Shown here: piece after piece, positions 1-11,263 of the stretch
Position numbering within the stretch: the first letter of the stretch is position 1
Layout of the letters: each line of letters opens with the position of its first letter
DNA from: Octopus bimaculoides
Lineage: Eukaryota
NCBI RefSeq assembly: GCF_001194135.2
Contig: NC_068997.1
Coordinates: forward strand, 50,457,484 to 50,521,149
Length of the DNA stretch: 63,666 bases
Direction of reading: 5' to 3'
Notes under the pieces: model-generated
Told to the model about the DNA's origin: nothing
What the model saw: the letters and a program-made list of their open reading frames with translations, nothing else
Database searches by the model: none
Translations under genes and position numbers: made by a program

Positions 1-226
1 GAATCAAAACCGTTTAATTCCAAGATTTATGTTTAACAACTGAATGAATTTAATAAAGGCATCTAAATATGAAACATCATGAAAATTGTTCAAAACAAGT
101 CCTTCTTGAGCGACACATTTTTCCATTCAGAATTACAGATTTTATTCATGGCATTTTGATTTACTGTCGGGTGACTTTTGGCCAACCCTGTATGCACATA
201 TATATATATACACACTCACATATATA

Positions 227-444
227 CATGGTTGGCCAAAAATCACCCGGCAGTGAATCAAAACCGTTTAATTCCAAGATTTATGTTTAACAACTGAATG
301 AATTTAATAAAGGCATCTAAATATGAAACATCATGAAAATTGTTCAAAACAAGTCCTTCTTGAGCGACACATTTTTCCATTCAGAATTACAGATTTTATT
401 CATGGCATTTTGATTTACTGTCGGGTGACTTTTGGCCAACCCTG
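227..444. mobile_element. Tc1/mariner-like MITE (218 bp), with a second truncated copy at 1-190
   Basis: About 35-bp TIRs (catggttggccaaaaatcacccggcagt... / ...actgtcgggtgacttttggccaaccctg) flanked by TA, inserted in a TA microsatellite. Confidence 0.75.
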
Positions 445-1109
445 TATGCACATATATATATATACATACATACACAAATGCCCATACATGCATATACTCA
501 CACACACACACATATATATAGATATATATGAGTGTGTGTGTATATACAGATATATATCTACACATACATACCTATACATGAATACGTACATACCTGTGCA
601 TATACACACACACTCATTTGGAAGAGAGTAGATTCCATTTCTCAGGTTGCAGGTCTTTAGGAGTGTTGGCCACATTCTATGCAATATCTTTAAACAATGG
701 CAAGTGGGGGCATGAAGGTGGAGGGCAAACCGAGAGAGGGGCTAACAGCCATTGACATCTGCGCTTGGTGTGGAACTGTCTGATGTCACTAACACCACTG
801 ATGGAAACAAAACAGAAGTGGCAAAAACTCAATGCTACATGATGGTAAGGGATTCTGTGGATCCCCCCTTATGCATATGGAGCAGCCAATATTGCTGGTA
901 GAAAGGAAAATGGAAAGTGAGAGATGCTTACGGAGGTGGCAGGGTCTGTCCTGGAAATGAAAGATGCAGATAGGTTCAGAGCAGAACACACAGATGGGAC
1001 TGGAATATGTGGGAAACAAATGAGTATCCACCAGAATAGAAGGAGCAGAAAGAGTATCATAGCCAGAGAGAAGCTTATATGACTAAATCACTGGTGTTTG
1101 GAAGCTGAC

Positions 1110-1146
<37 letters not shown>

Positions 1147-3058
1147 CTGACTAGAGGAATCTATTTTTGGCGATACTGTGGAGAATAGAGCCAGCTGCGC
1201 TGTGGTTCCTTCTAAGATGACTGTCTGATGTGCTCCCATCCTTGGCCAATCTTCAAACAGTGGAGGTTGTAGTGATGCCATTAACTGCCATCTGTATGGA
1301 GATTAAGAGACTAAACAGCATTGAGACATTTTCTGGCGGAATGCAATTCATCTCTTGTAGGATATTCTTTGTGGCATAACCAAGTCTTGAACTTGGTTTG
1401 CTAATGTGCCAAAGAATCATCATCATCGCTGTCAGGGCAATCGACACTGAGCTGTACCCTCTGTTTATACACAAAGCAAGTGGAAGTGTAACAAAAGAAA
1501 AGCCAAATTGTCTGAATGGTGCTAATGAGTGGAAGATAAAGCGGGATTTGGAAGAGGTGTTCATATGCCTAGGCCATGTTATGGCAATAACAAAACAATG
1601 CCCCACCAACCTTATTATTTGGTCCATCTTAACCAAAGGAATTCTCAATTTTGAGTTAATTGTACCATTGGAAGTCAATAGGGAGTGAGTACACACACGT
1701 GTGCGTGTGTGTATCTATCTACATCTACACACACATATATATATATATATATATACACACACATATATATATGTGTATATATGTATATAGTCTTATACTA
1801 GTTTTAATCATTGGACTGTGGCCATGCTGGAACACCACCTTCAAGGGCATAGTTGAGATTACATTGACTATTATAATGACCTTGAGAGGATGGAGGGTAA
1901 AGCAGACCTAGGTGGGATTTGAACTCAGAATGTAAAGGTACATAACTGAATACCACGAGTCATTTTCACCGATGCTCTACTGATTCTGTTATATATCTTT
2001 ATTTTATGACAAGAGAAATTCCTCTCCTTCAGTTTGAGGAGCGACGGATCTGGTGATAGAAACAGAGGCATCCATGAATCTTGAGACCAAAATGGGTTTA
2101 CACAAGGCACGGTGGCTCATCCTCCGTCTCCCTTGCTCCTCAGCTGAAAAATTGGGGCCCAGAACATCCTGGACCCAGAATGCAGCTTAAGAAGAAGATT
2201 GTTTCTTTATGCAAACTGAGTTGCTATTAGTTCATCAGGACCAAACATTATAAAAGGTCCCCGCCGTTTCCCACCAGCGTGGCCCACTTTCTTGTTGTTA
2301 ACAAGAACCTCCATTGAGTTTGTATTTACTAGTCAAACATAGTCCAGCTCATTTGGGACATAACCCAGTGATCAGCTGCTTGTATCATGTACACAGTGAT
2401 CTTAGATATGTGTTCCTACAAATGGTCAGTCCTGTGAGCATGCTTAGCCAGCATAGTGAATAGTGAGCACAGTTTCACCACTCCACTATTGGAAGATAAA
2501 GCTTCGGTTAGGCTGATATGATCTGCAACCCTACTAAGTACCATCTCAATTATTCAACACGATGACCCTAAAGTATTGATACTAATCAATCAATCTATAA
2601 TTTAGGCATGTCCACAGAGGCACAACATTCTACCAAGAAGCCCATATTTTTACAGTTCTTTCTTAATTCCTTGCAAAAAATCGATGCAAAGGATTGATTG
2701 TTAATGACTTTTGAAAAACATTTGGACTTGGGGAAGTGAAGTTGCTACCTGTAGGTTGGTAGGTTGCTTTCAGGAGCAGTTGGAAGACTTTCACCGACTT
2801 CGTAATGATGTCAAATTTATCAACCTCTAACACAGTTGTTACCTCAATATCCTAAAGGACCTTTGAACATACAATCCAGATGTTGAACTCTGACACCAAA
2901 ATGTATAACCTCGTTGGGTTCACACATGAAAAGATCATGCGTATGAGTCAAATTGGACCAACGCTGCAGAAAATACTATTTAACAATGTATGGACAAACA
3001 CATCCATGCAGACAGACATATAAACACCTTACACATCTCTCTACCCTTTTCTCTCTCT

Positions 3059-3092
<34 letters not shown>

Positions 3093-3118
3093 GAAGAAAG
3101 ATTTTTTTTAATCAAAAA

Positions 3119-3124
3119 TTTATT
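3119..3124 (-). promoter_or_regulatory. Candidate distal polyadenylation signal AATAAA
   Basis: tttatt on plus, at the end of the repeat-poor stretch after the stop. Confidence 0.35.
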
Positions 3125-4132
3125 AATTATACAAAAAAAAAACTTAAAATAGCAAAATGGTAAGAACCTTTTGGAAGGTTCATGCCATTCTGGATTTTCT
3201 TTAAAGATTTTTATGTAATTAATAATTTTTAATTTAAGCAAATCTTGCTTCAAATATTGTGACTGTATGAAGAATTCTTCGCAAATCCTTTTATAAAATG
3301 TGTGTGTGTATAAGTGTGTGTGTGTGTGTGTGTATTTAGATACACAGATGGTGGATCTGATTTTGTAAAAGACCACACCATTAATAGCTGACAACCAGCA
3401 ACATCCCTTTACAAAATTGCACATAAGCCATGAACCATCAAAATTCAAAATAATGCTGCCACAACAGCACAAAAGACGCCATTTTACTACAAGGGCCAAT
3501 ACATTTGTGCCTGCAGATGGCCTCTTGACACCTGATGCCAAGACCCACACTTTGGACAGGAACTTTCTCTGCACTCAACAACAGAATTGGAGTAAATTCT
3601 AAGCTGGTGAGATACAGGCTTTCAAAAGCCAAGTGTAGACACCTCAAGTCATTCTTGCTGTTGGAATTGAACCAGGGACTGGTTCCTTAGAAACCTACTG
3701 ACTAGCAATGCTATTGTTCTCAAATGTACAATATGTATATATATAAAGGGGAAGAAAAAAAAAACATTTATCAACAGCAAGAGTGAAGGAGAAGGAGGAG
3801 GAGGAGTGAAGAAGAAGAAGAAGAAAAAGAAGAAGTCTAAGGTGAAGATAAAAAGAAAAAATGAGTAAAAAAAAAAGAAGGGCCGTACAGAGGGAGAAAG
3901 GAGAACCAGGAGGTCAACTGGTTGGAAAGATGTAAAATTGAAGTCATCTTTCTGGAACCAAATAAGAAATTCTAGTCAAAGAGCAAGAAACCTTGGAATC
4001 GGTTCCTTCGTCCAGCTTGCTCTCTTAAAAAAAAAAAAAAAAAAAAAGAAAAAGAAGAGAAAGATGAAGATATTTTTCAGTTTGTAAAATGTCCACTTCA
4101 AATCCATTTTTTAAAAAAACTCTACATTTTTG

Positions 4133-4138
4133 TTTATT
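4133..4138 (-). promoter_or_regulatory. Candidate proximal polyadenylation signal AATAAA
   Basis: tttatt on plus, about 200 nt after the stop; T-rich tract downstream on the minus strand (about 4027-4075). Confidence 0.45.
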
Positions 4139-4334
4139 TAAAACTTTCCATTCTCAGCAGCCGAAGCCTCTGAACAAAACAGCTCTTGGTACAATCGTCA
4201 CTACTAGCTGTAACTCATGCTCGTACAGTTGTCTGAACTAGCTGTGACTCGTGTTGTTGTTGTTGTTTGTAGGTAACAACAGTTGTCACAGCGAGTCCGT
4301 GACTCGTGTTGTTGTTTGGTTGCATTTGTCACTA

Positions 4335-4463
4335 CTAACTGCGACTCATGTTCGTACCAGCCCCCGGAGAACTCCAGTCTGAAATCAGGGTATCCGTATG
4401 GTACATTCTCGAAGCAGTCGTGTTGTAAACAGGCAGAAGTTCATTCGCTTCACTTGGAAACAA
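4335..4463 (-). CDS. PDK: PDK terminal coding exon 12 (coding part 129 bp including stop)
   Basis: aatttcattttag|TTG TTT CCA... encodes LFPSEANELLPVYNTTASRMYHTDTLISDWSSPGAGTNMSRS*, with ELLPVYN and the C-terminal DW motif. Confidence 0.95.
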   Translation of the reverse strand: MFPSEANELLPVYNTTASRMYHTDTLISDWSSPGAGTNMSRS

Positions 4464-5769
4464 CTAAAATGAAATTCAGAAAAAACAACAAAGTTATTTC
4501 ACACTTCTGCTTTTTGGGGACTTTTTTTTTTGTTTAAAAAATAAAAATACTGTTAAGGAAAAGAAAAGGGAAAATAACAAAAACTTCTAACAATGCAAAA
4601 TATTCCACAAAGACCTTTATATTTCACTAATATAAAAAAAAAAAAAAACTATTGATAGTTCAGTTTTAGTGGTGAAAATGTTGGACTTGACAAGAATCGA
4701 AAGATGAAACCATTCGGCCAGTGTTGTTCTGATGTCTCGCAGAGCAAGGGAGGTAACTCTACTAGCTCCATTTGCATCAGCTATCGACTAGCATCTTTTA
4801 CTCCAACAGCACCAAACGGCATTGGTGTTACTTGGGATAATCGGAGTTCTTTTTTCGCCTACATTACAGAATGTTTTTCTCCTTCTACAATCCATTCAAT
4901 TACCACACGAAAATGGATGCTGCTGTAACTCCTCCAACAAAGAATTATTTTGTTCATTTACCGTGGGTTCCCTCTTCACAGCCCAGGTTGGAACCCAGCC
5001 ATAATAAATAAATTCTCTCTTCATCTTTAGTCTTTCTCCCAAATCCATGACAAAGCATTTTCCACTTCCTTCTCCAATTCACAAATCACTGTTCTATTTT
5101 CCTTCCTAACAGGCCATATAGGACATAATGGATCTAGATACGAATACACAAGATCCCACCTTTACTGGAACGACTGTACACAGCAATCCTCATACATAAC
5201 ACAATTCCTTAAGTCCTTCGTAGCCTCTTCCTTTCATCAATTCAACCCATATTGCCATCCCGAGATATCATAAGCTCAACCACCTGGATTTTTTTCTTTT
5301 CTCAAGCCAGACCATAACTTAAGTGCAGGCCACTGCTTTGTAATTGTCAGTTGGTAATTATTCACACCTGTTACAAATAATCAACAGGTATGTGTGCTTG
5401 TTGGTTATTTGAAACATAGTTAACAATGTTCAAACATTACCACTGCTACTTTCCTCAAAGTTGCTAAAGTATATAATCACTGTGGTGACAAGAAGGCCAT
5501 CAGGCTGTAGAAAATCTGCCTCAACAAGTTATGTTTGACCCATGCAAGTATGGAAAAAGGGATGTTAAAACACAATAACTATACCCACTTAACAGAATAC
5601 AAAAAACCTCAGTAATCCTTAAGTTGATGTCAGTGTTCGGACATTAAATGATGATGATGATGAAACTAGATGATGGATAAATCTTCCCCTGGACAGGAAG
5701 CCAGTCTATCTCAGGGAACACCCTCTAAATTATTTAGTATCTTCTGATAACATCTCTAACTCAAAGTGA

Positions 5770-6005
5770 ACTATCTTCTGAGTATTTCATTACCAGACCA
5801 TCTTAGTTGGAAGTACAATACCATATTCAATTGGCATTAGGTGACTAGGTTTCCACAGAACATCATAGCATGTTCTAAGGAACTAAACCATTGGCTTCTC
5901 TTCAAGAATACATAACTTCTTACTATATATGGAGCTATACCATAACTGTTGCACATAAACATTCAACTGGAGGAACAGTGGAGATAGTCCATTGATGGAA
6001 AGAAA
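5770..6005 (+). mobile_element. Old CR1/L2-like LINE remnant next to the exon 11 donor
   Basis: LSISLPDHLSWKYN resembles the 'LGVxIxxxLSWxxHI' post-RT motif. Confidence 0.4.
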
Positions 6006-6033
6006 AGGGTTTTATTTAAAACGTTCAACTGAC

Positions 6034-6147
6034 CTTTAGATAGATAAATGCATCGGTTCCAAAGCCTTCAACAGAGCTAAGGATCAAATCTCCATGGAAG
6101 TAACGAGCGTAGAGACGAGACAATGGTAAGCCGTAACCATAACCAGC
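6034..6147 (-). CDS. PDK: PDK coding exon 11 (114 bp)
   Basis: ttctctccaatag|GCT GGT TAT...CTA AAG|gtcagt encodes [38 protein letters not shown] (G2 box of the GHKL ATP-binding fold). Confidence 0.98.
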
Positions 6148-6408
6148 CTATTGGAGAGAAAAATGGGAAGAAAACAATGGAGATGTAGAGATGAATCATC
6201 AATATGCATTATTACACACTAGGGTGTTACACATCATACGAAATGTAACTTTGGAAGTATACTTTTGCCACCCTGGGTAATATAAAGAAATATAGCATAC
6301 ATACAATAATCATAATTCAACTTTTATCAAATTTCTTAGTGTTCATACAAAATGGTGAAATGGATGCCACTTTTCAAAAGAAAAATATTTATTACCTTAA
6401 ATAGCATG

Positions 6409-6579
6409 ATCAGGATAAATTATCCATATAATGCAGAAAAATACGTTACCGGCCAGCCATGAGACTCGAACTCACATCCCTGTGATTACATGTCAAGTGT
6501 TTTCACAGAGATGTAAGTTCGAATCTCATGGCTGGCCAGTAACGTATTTTTCTGCATTATATAGATAATTTATCCTGAT
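6409..6579. repeat. Foldback inverted repeat, 77-bp arms, 17-nt loop
   Basis: 6409-6485 versus the reverse complement of 6503-6579: 72/77 identical, no indels. Confidence 0.97.
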
Positions 6580-6786
6580 ATAGCATTATCACATGTTTGA
6601 GAAATAAATTTATTTCTGTATCTTACAATACATGTCAATGCTTCTAAAGACAAACTTCGTTTACTTTCATCGTAAAGTTGAATTTATTACCTTAAAATTA
6701 AATGAAATTAAACAAATTTCTCGTTTGTATATTTGCCCTCACAGAGAACATTCAAAGATTATGAAATATGAACTCTTGGTGGACGC

Positions 6787-7190
6787 AAGTGTGATTGTGT
6801 GGTTAAGAAGATTACTTCCCATACATGTGCTCTTGGGTTCAGTCCCACTGTGTGGTACCTTGGGCAAGTGTCTTCTGTTATAGCTCCATACCGATCAATG
6901 CATTGCATAGGGATTTGGTAAACAGAAACGAAACAAGCCCGTCATGTATGTTTGTGTGTGTACCCAAGTCTTGACATCACGTGACAATTGTAAATGAGCA
7001 TCAGCATCATACAAGTGATGTTGTGTGTTCCCATTCCTCCATAACAAACATGTCTGGCCACGGAGAACTATCACTTTGCTTTGAAACAGGTGGGGGTTGG
7101 TGACAGGAAGAGCATCCGGTCACAGAAAATCTGCCTCAACAAATTCCATCTGACCCACACAAACATGAAAAAGTGGACGTTAAAACGAAG
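6787..7190 (+). mobile_element. SINE with family A head and RTE-like tail; related pieces at about 9140-9671(-), 11992-12320(+), 13395-13590(+), 22160-22430(+), 57310-57560(+)
   Basis: Family A head followed by ...gaagggcatccggccgtagaaaatctgcc...gcatggaaaagtggacgttaaa, similar to the RTE 3' end. Confidence 0.75.
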
Positions 7191-8094
7191 TTAATCGTAG
7201 AGAAGCTGTTAGAAAAAATAAATAAATAAATAAAGAGTTGTCCACCCTTGCCTTGACTAAAGATGGTGAAGATGACGATAACAAGAAATCTGTAGATGAT
7301 TATTTAGCGTTGCTGATTCGAGTTGTTTGGCCCAAGATCAGCGTTGACAGGATAAAAGGCATTCAAGCCGTGATAGCCTATGTATTTATTTATTTTACAG
7401 GAGTTGACTACCTCAGAATGAATTACCCAATGTGTCTCTTTTTAAGACGGTAAGACGAAGTTTTATGGGAGATTTTGGATACTATTTTCAGCAGGTCAGG
7501 TGATCACTGGAGCAGGTATAGCTGTGTGGTTAAGAATCTCGCTTCCTAACCACATGGTTTCAGCTTCAGTCCCACATCGTCAAGTGTCTTGTATCATAGC
7601 TTCTGTCTAACCAAAAGGCTGCGTGTGGATTTCGTGAAACAGAAACTGAAAACAGGCCATCGTAGATGTGTGTGTGTGTATAACTCTATATCATAAAATC
7701 CACATAGTTGAGATCCGACAGACTATTAGAAAACCTCTTGAGGGCAGGTTGTTCGTGTCATGTCACTGGAACTTGGCTATGTCCATCCCTGGACGAGATA
7801 TTTTTATTACACTCAATCGTCAGATAACCAATGAAAAAGTGTGCAGTTATCTCCCTTACAAGAGTAGAGTTTAAAGTTTTGTGCGTGCATCTTTTATTTT
7901 TTACTTGTTTCAGTCATTAGACTGCGGCCATGCTGGGGCACCGCCTCGAGGAATTTTAGTCTGTTGTGGCACGGTTTTTATGGCTGGATGCGCTTCCTAA
8001 CGCCAACCACTTTACAGAGGGTGCTGGGTGCATTTTACTTGCCACCAGTATGGGTGCATTTATGCAACAGCAGCACAGGTACCATCCGAGTCTG

Positions 8095-8500
8095 ATTCTT
8101 GCCAGGGTTGCTGATTGGCTCCAGTGCCGGTGGCATGTAAAAAGCACCATTCAAGCGTGATCGTTGCCAGCATTGCCTTACTGGCACATGTGCCGGTGGC
8201 ACGTGAAAAACAACATTAGAGCATGGCCGTTGCCAGTGCCGCCGGACTGGCTCCTGTGCAGGTAGCACGTAAAAAACACCTTTTGAGCATGGTCGTTGCC
8301 AGAACTGCCTGACTGGCCCTCGTGCCGGTGGCACGTAAAACCACCCACTACACTTTTGGAGTGGTTGGCATTAGGAAGGGCATCCAGCTGTAGAAACTTT
8401 GCCAGATCAGATTGGAGCCTGGGGCAGCCTTCTGGCTCACCAGTCCTCAGTCAAACCGTCCAACCCATACCAGCATGGAAAGCGGACGTTAAATGATGAT
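8095..8500 (+). mobile_element. RTE 3'-UTR-only copy; others at about 18293-18486(+), 32650-32866(+), 10770-10985(-), 33490-33762(-), 52225-52424(-)
   Basis: Matches the 39360-39661 tail (ttggcgttaggaagggcatccagctgtagaaac...gcatggaaagcggacgttaaa(gat)n), with internal gtgccggtggcacgtaaaa subrepeats. Confidence 0.85.
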
Positions 8501-8851
8501 GATAAGAATTGTATAAAAAAATCTTATATGGACCCCACCCCCACCCAAGGGTCACATGGACACTTGTTGAGAACCACTGCTATACATAGTGATTTAATCT
8601 GTTAGAAATAGCAGCCAAATCTCCCACAAATCACACTCTATTGGTCTTAATGAAAACAGATGCATACATTGTATAATATAGTCCTAGATACTCCTAAAAA
8701 TATAAGCTGGCCCTGGCTGGAATGTCTCTGATCACAGTTCTACTTAATCAGGGATGACCTATGGCTAAACAACAAGAAATTCCTTGTCTCAAAACGAAAC
8801 AACAATAAATGTCCATGAGAACAGAGAAAGGAGGAGGAGAGGAAGACTTAC

Positions 8852-8962
8852 CAGTGGTGCTGATCCATTCTCTGATCGCATTGGTTGTGGTGCAGTGGAA
8901 TACATGTAATGGAACAACAAGTCAGACTTACTCCGAGGAATGCCGCCTCCTTGGTCACTCAT
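8852..8962 (-). CDS. PDK: PDK coding exon 10 (111 bp)
   Basis: tgtttcttgtag|ATG AGT GAC...CCA CTG|gtaagt encodes MSDQGGGIPRSKSDLLFHYMYSTAPQPMRSENGSAPL (G1 box DxGGG). Confidence 0.98.
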
Positions 8963-9835
8963 CTACAAGAAACAGAAGGAACATCTTGCATCAGTGTCAA
9001 TGATACATAATGTTTTATAACAATTCTTGTAAGAATAGCCAAAAAAAACACCGCATTAAATTGGTCATCGAATGGTTCATCAATGCAAACAGTAACAGCA
9101 CAATAATTGGTTGGTAATAAAAGACGAGAAACATACAGGAGAGAGGAATGGTCATTGTAAATGTTTTAAATGGCTGTTCTTTCCATGTTTGCATGGATCA
9201 GATGGAATTCATTGAGGCAGATTTTCTACCTCCAGATGCCTTTCCTCCTGTCACCAACCCACACCTGTTTCCAAGCAAGGTAATAATTCTCCATGGCTGG
9301 ACTAGTTTTCATGAAAGATTGCAAATGAAGGACACTGCTTGTATGACGGTGACACTTGTTTACAATCATCATGTGATGGATGGCAAGAAAAGACGCACAC
9401 TCATATATACATACATGCCTCTCTCTCTCTCTCTCTTTATATATATATATATATATATATATAGATATATATATATATACACACATACATATACATACAT
9501 ACATACTCTCTCTCACACACATACACACACACAAGCCTCTTTCAGTTTCTGTTTACCAAATCCATACATAACACTTTGGAGCCAGGGTTATAGTAGAAGA
9601 CATTTGCCCAGGTGTCACACAATGGGACTGAACCCAAGATCACATGACTGAGAGGCAAACTCCTTAACCACAGTTTTTGTAGCTACAGACTGAATAATGA
9701 TGAAGTGAATCATCAGTTTTTTTCCAAAGAATTTAAACTCTGCTTCATATATTGAATAATCTTTCTCTCAATTATAACCCCAAATATAGTGTGTATGTGT
9801 GTGTGTGTGTGTGTCTGTGTATGCATATGGATGGG

Positions 9836-9870
<35 letters not shown>

Positions 9871-9881
9871 CTATACTAAAC

Positions 9882-9980
9882 CTTTATAGTCACATCTTCA
9901 TCTCCTTTGGTGATGCCGACATTTAACTTTGGCAGTTCCATGTCTTCGGGGTGATACTCAACAACAGCTCTCATGGCATT
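9882..9980 (-). CDS. PDK: PDK coding exon 9 (99 bp)
   Basis: gtcatttgtag|AAT GCC...ATA AAG|gtttag encodes NAMRAVVEYHPEDMELPKLNVGITKGDEDVTIK. Confidence 0.97.
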
Positions 9981-11186
9981 CTACAAATGACAGCAAGAAT
10001 ATTCTCTTTAGCATTATATAAGTTTAATGGAAAGATTTGTCAAAGAATAACATACACACATATATACACATACTATATATCAACATAAATCGATGTATTT
10101 GATGGTATATAAGATGCACATTTAAAACATTCAAGAAATTACTTCAGGTACAAAGTTGCATAAATATTACCTGCTTTAAGGCACTAAAAACTGAGTATGC
10201 ACTACCAAAACCAGGGTATGCTCGTGCTCGGGCCCCGAAAGAGAAGGTACATGAGCACCCTGCTTGCAGCTGTCCCTGCTGGTTGCTTGCTACGAACCTA
10301 CAGCAAGGCTTCACAACATGGCCAACCTTTGCACGCTCTCTTCTATCATAGTTTGGATCATGAGAGACATTCTAAAAACTGGGGACAGTAGAATACATTT
10401 AACAGTGAATTGTCATAGCAAATGAACAGATCAAACTGTTGTCTGCTCAATAATATTGTGACTGAAAACATGAGACAGACAAATGAAATGATAATACTGT
10501 GACTCAAAGAAAAGAAACAGACAGATACAAAATACTCCATCAAACCAAAAACTACCGTCCTTTTAAGATGGTAATGTGTAGTTTGAGGGGGTATTTGGCT
10601 AATATTTCTAGCAAACCGAGTTATTATGTAGTGGCTCTCTTGTTTGTATCAATATGTTTTACTACTTTGCTGTTGCTATACGTTGGATCCAGCTATTTCA
10701 AGGCCAACACTTTTCCAGACTGATTCCATGTCTTACACCAAAATTGTCGTTGTCATTGCTACCGCCACCATCATGATCATCTTCATTTAACATGCATGTT
10801 CCATGCTGGAATCCAATGGGCCCAAGCACTGTGCTCCAGTGTTTGTTTGGCATGGTTTCTATGGTTGGATGCCCTTCCTAATGCCAACCACTTTACTTCA
10901 TGTACTGGGTGCTATTTTCATGCCTCCAGCACTAGTGAAGTTGCCAGGCAACTAGCAAGACTATAAGCCTTTAGGGAAGTGGGGACGACTTCATGCTAGG
11001 AGGATAAAGAATGGAGAATGGTAAGATATGAGAGAAATGGCCAGAGCAGAATAGGTTTCTTGTTGTAGAAGAGCTACATTGACAACTCACTTTTAGAAGA
11101 GGGGGAGATGATTTCTTAATTGATTAAGTTGATAATTACTGAAAATAAATAAATGAATAATAATAATAAAAACAGAAATGACTTAC

Positions 11187-11263
11187 TTTGAAGAGTTCAA
11201 ACAATATATGATATAAATGTGATGGTACATAGACCATACGAATGTCTTCTTTTTGGTCTGGCA
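11187..11263 (-). CDS. PDK: PDK coding exon 8 (77 bp)
   Basis: cttttctctag|TG CCA...TTC AAA|gtaagt encodes (V)PDQKEDIRMVYVPSHLYHILFELFK (N-box start). Confidence 0.98.

Larger units (their letters stand above)
3100..4334 (-). other. PDK: Probable PDK 3' UTR (extent uncertain)
   Basis: Follows the stop codon; largely free of interspersed repeats down to about 3100; contains two AATAAA hexamers on the minus strand. Confidence 0.5.

Noticed and set aside
685-2990. Unique-looking sequence downstream of PDK as exons of a neighbouring gene
   Set aside because: Frames are interrupted by stops and I recognise no protein motif; probably old degraded repeats. A BLASTx search could overturn this.
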